Shown piece by piece: positions 19,019 through 28,472 of a DNA stretch of 52,256 nucleotides. This DNA is from Limisphaerales bacterium (GTDB taxonomy: Bacteria > Patescibacteriota > Microgenomatia > UBA1406 > GWC2-37-13), in the NCBI GenBank assembly GCA_044356445.1, contig JBIKWE010000001.1, positions 1-52,256 of the forward strand, given 5' to 3'. Made by a program: the position numbers and the translations under genes. Each line of letters begins with the position of its first letter. The first letter of the stretch is position 1. Under the pieces are notes generated by a model. That model was not told where the DNA came from. It made no database searches and was given only the letters and a program-made list of their open reading frames with translations.

Positions 19019-19768
19019 ATGTTAAAACCAAATGAAGGAAAAAAGCTGGAAATTGATGTTTATGAGAAAAGTTATAACCGCTTTCCCATAAGAACCGAAG
19101 TTTTTAAAAATGGTGATCCATATGTTCAAAAGATCTGTGAGTATGTTTGCACATTTTTAAAAGATCCTAATCAGATTATTGCAAAAAAAAATACCAATTG
19201 GTTTATTATTATATCTGAAAAAATTATCGCCATCTCTCAAGGAAGATCATATTTATTAACAGACATTAAACCTCGAAAATTGGCTTATTTATTATCAAAA
19301 TATGTTAAAAAGACGCCACATGGAATAGGGCTTGGTAGTGCGTATACCATGGAGCTTGCTTTAAGGGAAGTTGGGGAGTTAAGAATTATATTTGCCGCGA
19401 TAATATCTGTGATATCTAAGTTTTTGGGATTTTCGGGCGTTTTTTATTTAATTGCTGGACGAGAAGTCGCTTGTATTGATGGTCCAACACATTATTCATT
19501 ATACCCATCAAATGTCTCTGCCAAACTGGGTCCTAAAAACCCGAATAAAGTCTGTGAGGAAATATATGAAAATTTAAAAAAAGAATTGCATCCCGATTTG
19601 TTTATGAAACTAAAAGGGGTTGTAATAATTGATGCAAACGATCTTGGCCGTGTGGTTTTAGGCATTAAATCAGAGTATAAAACAAGATTTTTTGAACAGG
19701 TTATGAGGGATAATCCCATGGGGCAAGGAGTTGAGCAAACACCAATAGTCATTGCGGTTGAAAAATAG
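19019..19768 (+). CDS. CofE-like protein (F420-0:gamma-glutamyl ligase family fold), function unknown
   Basis: From memory of archaeal CofE: IIISEKIIAISQGR resembles VISKAEGR, VVIIDANDLGRVVLG resembles VIITDTNGR..G, and PMGQGVEQTPIVIAV resembles LMGEG..GIPAVVV. Not verified by alignment. Confidence 0.45.
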   Translation: MLKPNEGKKLEIDVYEKSYNRFPIRTEVFKNGDPYVQKICEYVCTFLKDPNQIIAKKNTNWFIIISEKIIAISQGRSYLLTDIKPRKLAYLLSKYVKKTPHGIGLGSAYTMELALREVGELRIIFAAIISVISKFLGFSGVFYLIAGREVACIDGPTHYSLYPSNVSAKLGPKNPNKVCEEIYENLKKELHPDLFMKLKGVVIIDANDLGRVVLGIKSEYKTRFFEQVMRDNPMGQGVEQTPIVIAVEK

Positions 19769-19776
19769 ATAAAATA

Positions 19777-19804
19777 TTGCTTTTAAATTTATAAACATTA
19801 TAAT
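19777..19804 (+). promoter_or_regulatory. Candidate promoter of gatCAB (TTGCTT-16 nt-TATAAT)
   Basis: TTGCTT at 19777-19782 and TATAAT at 19799-19804. The ATG at 19811 is 6 nt after the -10. Confidence 0.5.
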
Positions 19805-19810
19805 GTTTCC

Positions 19811-20110
19811 ATGATTAAAGGCTTAACGAATGATGAAGTTTTACACATTGCTGAATTGGTAAACATTACGCTCAACGATGAAGAGATAACGAGATTTAAA
19901 AATCAACTGGCAGAAACAGTATCTTACGTAAATAATTTAAAAGAACTCGACACATCAAACATAGAGCCAACTTCACACTCGACAAAATCAGAAAATGTTT
20001 TTTTTGAAGACGGATCACTTAATATGCGTCAGTTAAGTTCCACGTCTGCTGTCTCTCAAGCAAAAAAATCAAAAAATAATTTATTTGTTGTGGAAAGGAT
20101 AATGGGTTAA
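19811..20110 (+). CDS. gatC: Asp/Glu-tRNA amidotransferase subunit C
   Basis: 99 aa, LTNDEVLHIAELVNITLNDEE start typical of GatC. Upstream of gatA-gatB. Confidence 0.9.
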   Translation: MIKGLTNDEVLHIAELVNITLNDEEITRFKNQLAETVSYVNNLKELDTSNIEPTSHSTKSENVFFEDGSLNMRQLSSTSAVSQAKKSKNNLFVVERIMG

Positions 20111-20115
20111 AAGAT

Positions 20116-21501
20116 ATGCTGGGCACTTCATTATCAAAACTAATAGAAATGGTTAAGAATAAGGAAGTGTCCACTCAAGAAGTTTATGATTATTTTTTAA
20201 AGCGATCTAAAAAATATAATCCAACCTTAAACGTATATCTTTCTTTTATCAATAACAATGATAAGACCGCTATAGATGGGCAACTGTCAGGTTTGCCGAT
20301 TGCCATAAAAGACAATTTTTGCACAAAAGGAAACGTAACCACTGCTTCTTCAAAAGTTCTTGAACATTATTCTTCTCACTATGAATCAACAGTTACGGAT
20401 AAGTTGTTGAAAGCGGGTGCCAAAATTATTGGCAAAACAAATATGGATGCATGGGCACATGGCTCAAGTACTGAAACATCTGATTTTGGACCAACAAAGA
20501 ACCCTTGGGATATTGAAAGAGCACCCGGTGGATCATCAGGTGGTTCCGCCGCTGCGGTTTCAGCCTATTTAGCACCTTGTGCCATCGGATCTGAAACGGC
20601 AGGTTCAATTAGACAGCCTGCAAGTTGGTGCGGTATTGTTGGCTTAAAACCAACATACGGCAGAGTATCAAGATATGGTGTTATTGCGATGGGATCTTCT
20701 TTTGATTGTCCGGGACCGATGACGCTCACTGTGGAGGATGCGGCTTTGCTCCTTGAAATTATAGCTGGCAAGGATCAATTTGATGCAACAACTTCAGATG
20801 AACCCGTTCCTAAGTACTCAAAAATGATAAACGAGTCGCGACCTTTAACTATTGGTATTCCAGAGGAATACATGAAGGATTTGAGTTTAGATGTAACAAT
20901 GTCTTTGGAAAAATCATTTAAGATTCTTGAAAAAATGGGTCACAAGTTAAAGAAAGTATCACTGCTTGATCCAAAATACTCAATTTCAGTATACACAATT
21001 CTCCAAAGAGCTGAAGTTTCATCAAATCTTGCTCGTTTTGATGGTATAAGATATGGGAATGATAGATCCTTTTTTGCCAAAGAAGCAAAGCGTCGTATGA
21101 TGCTTGGCGCTTACACTCTTTCTCATGGGTATTATGACGCATATTATAGGAAGGCACAAAAAGTAAAAACAATTATTATTAATGATTTAAAAAGAGTTTT
21201 TTCTGACGTGGATATTATTGCCGCTTCGCCAACCCCAATAACGGCAATAAAACTTGGAGAATTTGAAAAGTATCCTTTTTTTGGTGAAACAATGGATGTT
21301 TTGAATGAAGCAGCGGCCGTTGCCGGAACGCCGGCAATTAGTGTCCCATGTGGATTTGATAAGTTGGGTTTACCAATTGGTATTCAATTTATGGGAAATT
21401 ATAATGATGAACAAACATTGCTTGCTCTTGCAAATCAATATGAAAAAGAAACAGATTTTTTTGGTGTTATTAAACAAGGAGTAAGCCTTTATAAAGATTG
21501 A
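20116..21501 (+). CDS. gatA: Asp/Glu-tRNA amidotransferase subunit A
   Basis: Amidase signature GGSSGGSAAAVSA...GSETAGSIRQPAS, LSGLPIAIKDNF. Confidence 0.96.
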   Translation: MLGTSLSKLIEMVKNKEVSTQEVYDYFLKRSKKYNPTLNVYLSFINNNDKTAIDGQLSGLPIAIKDNFCTKGNVTTASSKVLEHYSSHYESTVTDKLLKAGAKIIGKTNMDAWAHGSSTETSDFGPTKNPWDIERAPGGSSGGSAAAVSAYLAPCAIGSETAGSIRQPASWCGIVGLKPTYGRVSRYGVIAMGSSFDCPGPMTLTVEDAALLLEIIAGKDQFDATTSDEPVPKYSKMINESRPLTIGIPEEYMKDLSLDVTMSLEKSFKILEKMGHKLKKVSLLDPKYSISVYTILQRAEVSSNLARFDGIRYGNDRSFFAKEAKRRMMLGAYTLSHGYYDAYYRKAQKVKTIIINDLKRVFSDVDIIAASPTPITAIKLGEFEKYPFFGETMDVLNEAAAVAGTPAISVPCGFDKLGLPIGIQFMGNYNDEQTLLALANQYEKETDFFGVIKQGVSLYKD

Positions 21502-21506
21502 GAATT

Positions 21507-22895
21507 ATGAATAGCAGTAAATATTTTCCAGTAATAGGTCTTGAGATACATGTTGAGCTTAGCACAAAATCAAAGATGTTTTGTCAATGTGCTGGGGATT
21601 ATTTCGGTATGAAGCCAAATGAAAATACTTGTCCAGTATGTCTTGGGTTGCCCGGCGCACTTCCTGTTCCAAATAAGCAAGCGGTGTTGTGGACAATGAA
21701 GATTGCACAGGCGCTCAACTGCCAAATTAATGAATATACACAATTTGACAGAAAACATTATTTTTATCCTGATTTACCAAAAGGTTATCAAATTAGTCAG
21801 TATGACAATCCGATTGGGAAAAAAGGAGCTTTATCTATAAGCATGAAGTCCGCGGATAATAAAATTATCAATCGTGAATTTGGAATAACAAGAGTGCATT
21901 TAGAGGAAGATACTGGCAAACTTTCTCATTCAGGCTCTGATACTTTGGTTGATTTTAATCGCTCTGGAGTTCCCTTGGTTGAAATTGTGACTGAACCATG
22001 TTTTGAAAATTCGGTGGATGTAAAGATATTTTTAGAGGAATTGCATGCGATTATAAAAACTCTTGATGTTTCAACATGTGATATGGAAAAAGGCAGTATG
22101 CGCCTTGAGCCAAATATATCTTTGTCTAATATATCTGATTTTGATAAGAGAATGAAGAATCTGCCGCAATATAAAGTAGAGGTAAAAAATATAAATTCAT
22201 TTAATTACGCCAAAAAAGCCATAGATTTTGAGCTTGTAAGGCAAGCAAAAATACTTGACACTGGAAAGAATCCACAACAAGAAACGCGCGGATACAATGA
22301 AACAAAAGGCGAAACATATTCTCAAAGATCAAAAGAAAATGCTCAAGATTATCGTTATTTCCCAGAACCGGATATTCCACCAATAAGATTTAAAAAAGAG
22401 GATATAGATCGTTCATCCAGCTCATTACCCGAACTGCCAAATGCAAGATTGATGCGCTTTATAAATCAATACTCTTTAAAATTTGATGATGCTTTTATAT
22501 TATCAAGAGGAGCTTTGATCAGTAAATTTTATGAAAATATTATAGATCTTTTGAAAAGGGTAGATTTATCAAAGCTTTCGGAAAATGTGTCCTCTAATAT
22601 TCCACAAGCAGTCGCTAATGCAATTATTAATAAAAAAATTAAAGAAACTGAATCAGCTGATAATTTTATAAGTGAGTTTTTTATTATTAATGAAAAGCAT
22701 GAAATTAACGATGCAGAACTCGAAGAAAATATACTTAATATACTTAACGAATTTAAACCTCAAGTTGCGCAATTTAAAGCCGGTAAACAGGGACTGTTGG
22801 GATTTTTTATTGGCAAAGTTATGACAAGTATGAAAGGTAAGGCTAATCCGTCATTAATAAGGAAAAAAGTTGAAGACGCCTTAACTCGTTCATAG
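21507..22895 (+). CDS. gatB: Asp/Glu-tRNA amidotransferase subunit B
   Basis: PVIGLEIHVEL, CPVCLGLPGALP, YFYPDLPKGYQISQ, RVHLEEDTGK. ATG 21507 chosen; TTG 21498, overlapping the gatA stop, is the alternative. Confidence 0.95.
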   Translation: MNSSKYFPVIGLEIHVELSTKSKMFCQCAGDYFGMKPNENTCPVCLGLPGALPVPNKQAVLWTMKIAQALNCQINEYTQFDRKHYFYPDLPKGYQISQYDNPIGKKGALSISMKSADNKIINREFGITRVHLEEDTGKLSHSGSDTLVDFNRSGVPLVEIVTEPCFENSVDVKIFLEELHAIIKTLDVSTCDMEKGSMRLEPNISLSNISDFDKRMKNLPQYKVEVKNINSFNYAKKAIDFELVRQAKILDTGKNPQQETRGYNETKGETYSQRSKENAQDYRYFPEPDIPPIRFKKEDIDRSSSSLPELPNARLMRFINQYSLKFDDAFILSRGALISKFYENIIDLLKRVDLSKLSENVSSNIPQAVANAIINKKIKETESADNFISEFFIINEKHEINDAELEENILNILNEFKPQVAQFKAGKQGLLGFFIGKVMTSMKGKANPSLIRKKVEDALTRS

Positions 22896-22909
22896 AGTAT
22901 AATTTTTGT

Positions 22910-25900
22910 ATGTCTTTTGTTCATCTCCATGTCCATTCAGAATACTCACTTCTTGATGGCATGTGTCGAATCTCCAAATTAATTGAAAAGGCAAAAGAGC
23001 TTGATATGCCAGCTGTAGCTCTTACAGATCATGGTGCAATGTATGGAGCTTTTAAGTTTTTTATTCAAGCAAAAAATGCCGGGATTAAGCCAATTATCGG
23101 CTGTGAACTTTATAAAGCAAATGGTGAACGAGGGGAAAAGACTGACAAGGGTGAGCGAAACCATTATCATTTATTAACTTTTGCTAAAAATTTAACTGGT
23201 TACCTAAATTTGCTAAAACTGGTTACCAAGGCAAATCTTGAAGGTTTTTATTACAAGCCGCGAGTCGATTGGGAGCTTCTTGAGGAGCTACACGATGGGC
23301 TTATCGCCACAACTGGCTGTTTGGCATCTGAAGTTCCGCAATTAATCTTACAGGATCAAATAATCAAAGCGGAAGAAGTCCTTCTTAGATATCATAGTTT
23401 ATTTAAAGACGATTATTATATAGAGCTTCAGAGACACCCGGGTATTCCTGAGCTTGATAAAGTTAACGAAGTTCTTGTTTCCTTCTCAAGAAAACACAGT
23501 ATTCCATTAATTGCCACTAATGACGTTCATTATTTAAATAAAGATGATGCTTATGCTCAAGAAATTTTGCTTTGTATCCAAACTCAACGAACAATTATTG
23601 AAAAAAATAGACCATTAAGCATGATTAATGTTCCAGACTATTACTTCAAAACTGAAGAGGAGATGCGTTCAATTTATTACGATTTTCCTGAAGCTATCGA
23701 CAATACCGTTAAGTTAGCTGAAAAATGCAACTTGGAAATTCCATATGGAAAGCTTATTTTGCCAAATATTGACTTACCTAAAGGTCATACTAACGAATCT
23801 TACCTTGAGGAGATGGTATATCAAAAAGTTGATCGTGTTAAGGGATTTAGCAGTGAACTAATTAAAAAAAGATTAGATTATGAATTGAAAATTATAAATA
23901 ATAAAGGTTATGCGCCATATTTTTTATTTGTTCAAGACATTGTTAATTGGGCAAAAAACTCCGGTATTGCAGTTGGTCCGGGCAGAGGATCGGCTGCTGG
24001 ATCATTAGTTTCATATGTATTGAGGATTACAGATATTAACCCATTAGAATACAATCTGCCTTTTGAACGTTTCTTAAATCCCGATAGACCAACGCCACCT
24101 GATATAGATATTGATTTCTCAGATAAAAGAAGAGATGAAGTTATAAGATATATTGCTCATAAATATGGAGAAGAAAATGTTGCGCAGGTTATAACTTTTG
24201 GAACGATGGAGTCAAAGATGGCTATACGTGATGTTGCAAGAGCACTTGGTTATTCATACTCTCAAGGTGATAGAATTTCAAAAATGGTTCCTGCTGGCAA
24301 GCAAGGTAAAAAAGTTTCAATTGATCAAGCATTAGAAGAGTCTCCTCCTTTAAAACAGGCATATACCACAGAAGAAGATGTAAAGAAAGTTATTGATATT
24401 GCCAAAAAGGTTGAGAGCTTGCCGAGGCATTATTCTGTTCACGCCTCAGCTGTTATTATCGGCGACAAAGCATTAACCAACTATGTACCATTGCAAAAAG
24501 ATAATAAGGATAACGGCATCATAACCCAGTACGATATGTACAGTCTTGATCTAAATGCTGTTCAAGATGATCAAGCGGTGGGCCTAATCAAAGCCGATAT
24601 TCTGGGCTTAAGAAATTTATCTATTTTAGAGGAAGCCCTAGGCTATGTCAGAGATTTTACAGGCAAAACTATCGACATACATGAAGTACCTCTTAATGAT
24701 AATTTGACATATGAACTGATGGGTCGAGGAGAAACAATTGGCGTATTTCAATTGGAGTCAGGCGGCATGAGGAGGCTTGCCAAAGAGATAAAACCATCAA
24801 AACTTTCAGATATAACAGCCATGGTAGCTCTTTATAGGCCCGGACCCATGGATCTTATACCAACATTTATCAAGGGAAAAAAAGATCCAAAAACAGTTCG
24901 ATATCTTCATAAAGACTTAAAACCAATACTTGAGGAGACCTATGGTATATTGGTTTATCAAGAGCAAGTTATGGATATAGCTGTTGCGCTTGCCAATTTT
25001 TCAATGAGTGAAGCTGATCTTTTAAGAATGGCTGTCGGAAAAAAGAAGATAAAGCTAATGGAGAAAGGTAAGAAAAACTTTGTTTCTGGAATGACTAAAA
25101 AAGGATACGCGGCAAAGTTGGCAGAACAAATTTTTGGATTTATTGAAAAATTTGCTTCATATGGATTTAATAAATCACATGCCGCATCTTATGCACTTAT
25201 TGCATACTGGACAGCATATATGAAGGCAAATTATCCGGTTGAGTTCATGACAGCATTGATGACAGCTGAACTTCAGGGAGTAGCTGGACCAATGAGAGAG
25301 ATTAAAATGACTCAAGCCCTTGAGGAAGCAAAAAGAATGCATCTTGAGGTATTGCCACCGGATATTAACAAATCGTTACTTAAATTTTCAATTGAGGACA
25401 GAAGAATTAGATTTGGTTTATCGGCAATTAAAAATGTTGGATCAGCTGCAATTGAATCTATAATAACTTCAAGAGATTCTTCTGGCGCTTTTAGGTGCTT
25501 TAAAGATTTTTTATATAGAGTTGACTTAAGAAAAGTTAATAAAAAAACTATTGAAAGCTTAATAAAGTCAGGCGCTTTCGATCAATTTGCAAATAAGAAA
25601 ACATTAATGGTAAATTACCCAGTTATTGTTGCTGAGATTTCAAAAGCAAAGGAACAAACTGATAATGGACAATTTGATTTATTTGGTGTTGAAAAAGTAA
25701 CTTACGAAAATGATAATTTTGAAAAATTAAATGAATTTACGGAGGATGAATTAGTTGCTTTTGAAAAAGAGATTATAGGTTTTCTTATAAATAAAAATCC
25801 TTTAAGCAAACATATGGCAATAATAAATAAAAAAGTTACCAAAAAAATATCAGACCTCGCTCATGATGATATTGATAAAATTCATATTTTTGCAGGAAGC

Positions 25901-26137
25901 ATATCTTCAGTAAAAATTGTCAAAACCAAAAAAAACAACGAAGATATGGCTTTTATTCAGATTGGTGACAATACGGGCACCGTTGAAGCTATTGCCTTCC
26001 CTAAAACTTTTGCCAAAATAAAAAATGCTTGTATACCAAATTCAGTTTTATTATTTAAAGGTAAGGTAAGTGAGCGTGAAAATGAGTATTCGATTATCAT
26101 TGAAAAAGCCGTTAACTTAGATCAAAATATGCAATGA
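22910..26137 (+). CDS. dnaE: DNA polymerase III alpha subunit
   Basis: PHP domain FVHLHVHSEYSLLDG, GPGRGSAAGSLVSY, PPDIDIDF, FNKSHAASYA, C-terminal OB fold. 1075 aa. Confidence 0.97.
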   Translation: MSFVHLHVHSEYSLLDGMCRISKLIEKAKELDMPAVALTDHGAMYGAFKFFIQAKNAGIKPIIGCELYKANGERGEKTDKGERNHYHLLTFAKNLTGYLNLLKLVTKANLEGFYYKPRVDWELLEELHDGLIATTGCLASEVPQLILQDQIIKAEEVLLRYHSLFKDDYYIELQRHPGIPELDKVNEVLVSFSRKHSIPLIATNDVHYLNKDDAYAQEILLCIQTQRTIIEKNRPLSMINVPDYYFKTEEEMRSIYYDFPEAIDNTVKLAEKCNLEIPYGKLILPNIDLPKGHTNESYLEEMVYQKVDRVKGFSSELIKKRLDYELKIINNKGYAPYFLFVQDIVNWAKNSGIAVGPGRGSAAGSLVSYVLRITDINPLEYNLPFERFLNPDRPTPPDIDIDFSDKRRDEVIRYIAHKYGEENVAQVITFGTMESKMAIRDVARALGYSYSQGDRISKMVPAGKQGKKVSIDQALEESPPLKQAYTTEEDVKKVIDIAKKVESLPRHYSVHASAVIIGDKALTNYVPLQKDNKDNGIITQYDMYSLDLNAVQDDQAVGLIKADILGLRNLSILEEALGYVRDFTGKTIDIHEVPLNDNLTYELMGRGETIGVFQLESGGMRRLAKEIKPSKLSDITAMVALYRPGPMDLIPTFIKGKKDPKTVRYLHKDLKPILEETYGILVYQEQVMDIAVALANFSMSEADLLRMAVGKKKIKLMEKGKKNFVSGMTKKGYAAKLAEQIFGFIEKFASYGFNKSHAASYALIAYWTAYMKANYPVEFMTALMTAELQGVAGPMREIKMTQALEEAKRMHLEVLPPDINKSLLKFSIEDRRIRFGLSAIKNVGSAAIESIITSRDSSGAFRCFKDFLYRVDLRKVNKKTIESLIKSGAFDQFANKKTLMVNYPVIVAEISKAKEQTDNGQFDLFGVEKVTYENDNFEKLNEFTEDELVAFEKEIIGFLINKNPLSKHMAIINKKVTKKISDLAHDDIDKIHIFAGSISSVKIVKTKKNNEDMAFIQIGDNTGTVEAIAFPKTFAKIKNACIPNSVLLFKGKVSERENEYSIIIEKAVNLDQNMQ

Positions 26138-26442
26138 AAAAGTATAGTAACGTTATTACATCTAATAATGATAATAATGACAAGGTTACATATTTTGAAA
26201 TAGGTCCAGAAGGGGAGCCGTTAAAAAAAATAAAATCAAGAAAAAAAAAGAGAAAATTTGAAATGGGGCCCGAATACTTCAGTTTGGGTTTTTATTTAAT
26301 TATTCCTATTTTAATTTTCTTATTTCTTGGCTTGTATCTTGATGACAAGTTTTTTAAAAACGGTAAAATTATCCCCTTGTTTATTATGATTGGTGTGATA
26401 TCATCTTTTTATAATTTATTTGCATTAACTAAACAAAAATGA
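26134..26442 (+). CDS. AtpZ/AtpI-like small membrane protein of the ATP synthase operon
   Basis: 102 aa with two TM helices (LGFYLIIPILIFLFLGLYLDDKF...). Located immediately before atpB. ATGA overlap with the dnaE stop and with the atpB start. Confidence 0.55.
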   Translation: MKKYSNVITSNNDNNDKVTYFEIGPEGEPLKKIKSRKKKRKFEMGPEYFSLGFYLIIPILIFLFLGLYLDDKFFKNGKIIPLFIMIGVISSFYNLFALTKQK

Positions 26443-27341
26443 GTCCTCATATAAGTATTAAAGGTGAAGCAATATTTGAGTTGTTTGGCATTACTATAAC
26501 CAATACAATTATCACCACTGTATTGATTTTAATATTGTTTGCTCTTTTTGCAATCAATTTTTTTAAAGAAAGTAATAAAAAAAAGAAGTCTTTATTCTTT
26601 TATGCATGTGTTGCTGCAATAAAAGCGGTATATGATCTTATCTCTTCAGTCTTAACCAAAAATACTGACAAATTTTTTCCCTTATTAGGTGGATTCTTCT
26701 TTTTTATTCTGGTCATGAACTGGTCTGGTCTTGTGCCGGGCGTTGGATCTATAACTATACAACCATTAGTCCATCATGAAGAAAGTAAAGATCATGAAAA
26801 TAAAGCTGTTGAAGAAGAGTCTTACGAAAAAGGAAATACAGCGAATAAAGAAACTTCGCATATTGCAACCACAGAATCACTGAAAGAAGACGTGCATGCT
26901 AAGGAAAAATCAGAATATAAAGAAGGTGCTCACGGTAAAATTCCGTTATTAAGAGGGGGCACAGCAGATCTTAATACCACTATTGCCCTCGGATTAATTA
27001 GCGTGATAATTACACAGTTTTATGGATTTAAAATGCTGGGCTTTAAGGAGCATTTAGGTAAATATTTCAACTTTAAAAAAGACCCTATGTTGATTTTTTT
27101 AGGGCCTTTAGAGATAGTTCTAGAATTTGCAAGAGTATTGTCTTATGGCTTTAGACTTTATGGGAACATATTTGCAGGTGAGGTCTTATTAACATTAATC
27201 CCTTTTTTGTTACCCATATTTCTTGGCTTCGTAGTTACACCCATATTTTTTATGGAGATTTTTGTTGGAGTAGTTCAAGCATTAGTATTTGTTATGTTAT
27301 CGTCGGTGTTTCTTAAGATGGCTGTATCAAGCCATCATTAA
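26439..27341 (+). CDS. atpB: F0 ATP synthase subunit a (with loop insertion)
   Basis: ADLNTTIALGL, essential-Arg region SYGFRLYGNIFAGE, C-terminal VVQALVFVMLS. Contains a charged insertion of about 55 aa at residues 111-166. Confidence 0.87.
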   Translation: MSPHISIKGEAIFELFGITITNTIITTVLILILFALFAINFFKESNKKKKSLFFYACVAAIKAVYDLISSVLTKNTDKFFPLLGGFFFFILVMNWSGLVPGVGSITIQPLVHHEESKDHENKAVEEESYEKGNTANKETSHIATTESLKEDVHAKEKSEYKEGAHGKIPLLRGGTADLNTTIALGLISVIITQFYGFKMLGFKEHLGKYFNFKKDPMLIFLGPLEIVLEFARVLSYGFRLYGNIFAGEVLLTLIPFLLPIFLGFVVTPIFFMEIFVGVVQALVFVMLSSVFLKMAVSSHH

Positions 27342-27367
27342 AAAAGTTGTTAAAATATTATTATTAA

Positions 27368-27616
<249 letters not shown>

Positions 27617-27635
27617 GATTTAGTAAGACAAGAAT

Positions 27636-28130
27636 ATGGAAAATTTAGGAATTGACGTCAAGCTTATTCTTGCGCAGATAACAAGTTTTGCAATTTTTTA
27701 CTTTGTTTTCTCAAAGTATATTTCCAAGCCTTTTATTAAGTATTTGGAAAAACAAAGAGAGCAAGACAAAATAAGAGAACAGGTTTCAGCAAATCTTGAA
27801 AAACGCAACGCAGAACTTGCCGAAAAAGATAAAAAAGCAGATGCTGAACGAAAAAAAGCACTTGACTTAGCTATTAAAAAGAGCAAGCAAGAAGCATCTG
27901 AGATCAGAGATCAACTTGTTATAGAAGCTAAAAAAGAAGCAGAAAAAATTTTATCTCAGGCGAAATCTCAGATTACTGAGGAAAGAGAAGCCATGATGAA
28001 GGATGTTAAAAAGCATATTACGGAACTTAGCATGATTGTGGTTGAAAAAGCTTTAAAGGATTACTTGACTCCACAAGCTCAAAAAGATGTTACGGCGCAT
28101 ATTATAAAGCAAGTTCCAAAAGTTAGTTAA
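27636..28130 (+). CDS. atpF: F0 ATP synthase subunit b
   Basis: N-terminal TM followed by a long charged Ala/Glu/Lys helix. Operon position. Confidence 0.82.
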   Translation: MENLGIDVKLILAQITSFAIFYFVFSKYISKPFIKYLEKQREQDKIREQVSANLEKRNAELAEKDKKADAERKKALDLAIKKSKQEASEIRDQLVIEAKKEAEKILSQAKSQITEEREAMMKDVKKHITELSMIVVEKALKDYLTPQAQKDVTAHIIKQVPKVS

Positions 28131-28184
28131 TATAGCTTTATATGTTGTTTTAACATTTAAATATTAGTAACTAAAACAGAAATT

Positions 28185-28472
28185 ATGCATATTGATCCAA
28201 AAATTAAATCAGAGCTAAAAACTTATCTCATAAATAAGATGCACTCAAAACAAGTACCAGAAGTTACTGTTAGAGCGCCTTATAGACTTTCTGACAGTGA
28301 GATTACATCGCTTAAGGATAGGTTTCCATTGCTCAAAGAGGCAAAAATTGAAGTTGTTGCGGATGATAACATTCTTGCTGGTTTTATAATTCAGTTTGGC
28401 TCAAACATCATAGACGTTTCTGTAAATTCAAAGTTACAAACATTAGAAAAAATGCTTTATGAAACAGCTTGA
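28185..28472 (+). CDS. atpH: F1 ATP synthase subunit delta, short form (C-terminal half only)
   Basis: 95 aa. The C-terminus ILAGFIIQFGSNIIDVSVNSKLQTLEKML matches the conserved delta/OSCP C-terminus. Lies between atpF and atpA. There is no room or frame for the N-terminal domain. Confidence 0.6.
   Translation: MHIDPKIKSELKTYLINKMHSKQVPEVTVRAPYRLSDSEITSLKDRFPLLKEAKIEVVADDNILAGFIIQFGSNIIDVSVNSKLQTLEKMLYETA

Noticed and set aside
28131-28184. Frameshift or pseudogene explanation for the short atpH.
   Set aside because: Only 54 nt separate atpF from atpH. No other frame carries OSCP N-domain-like sequence, so there is no room for a disrupted N-terminal half.
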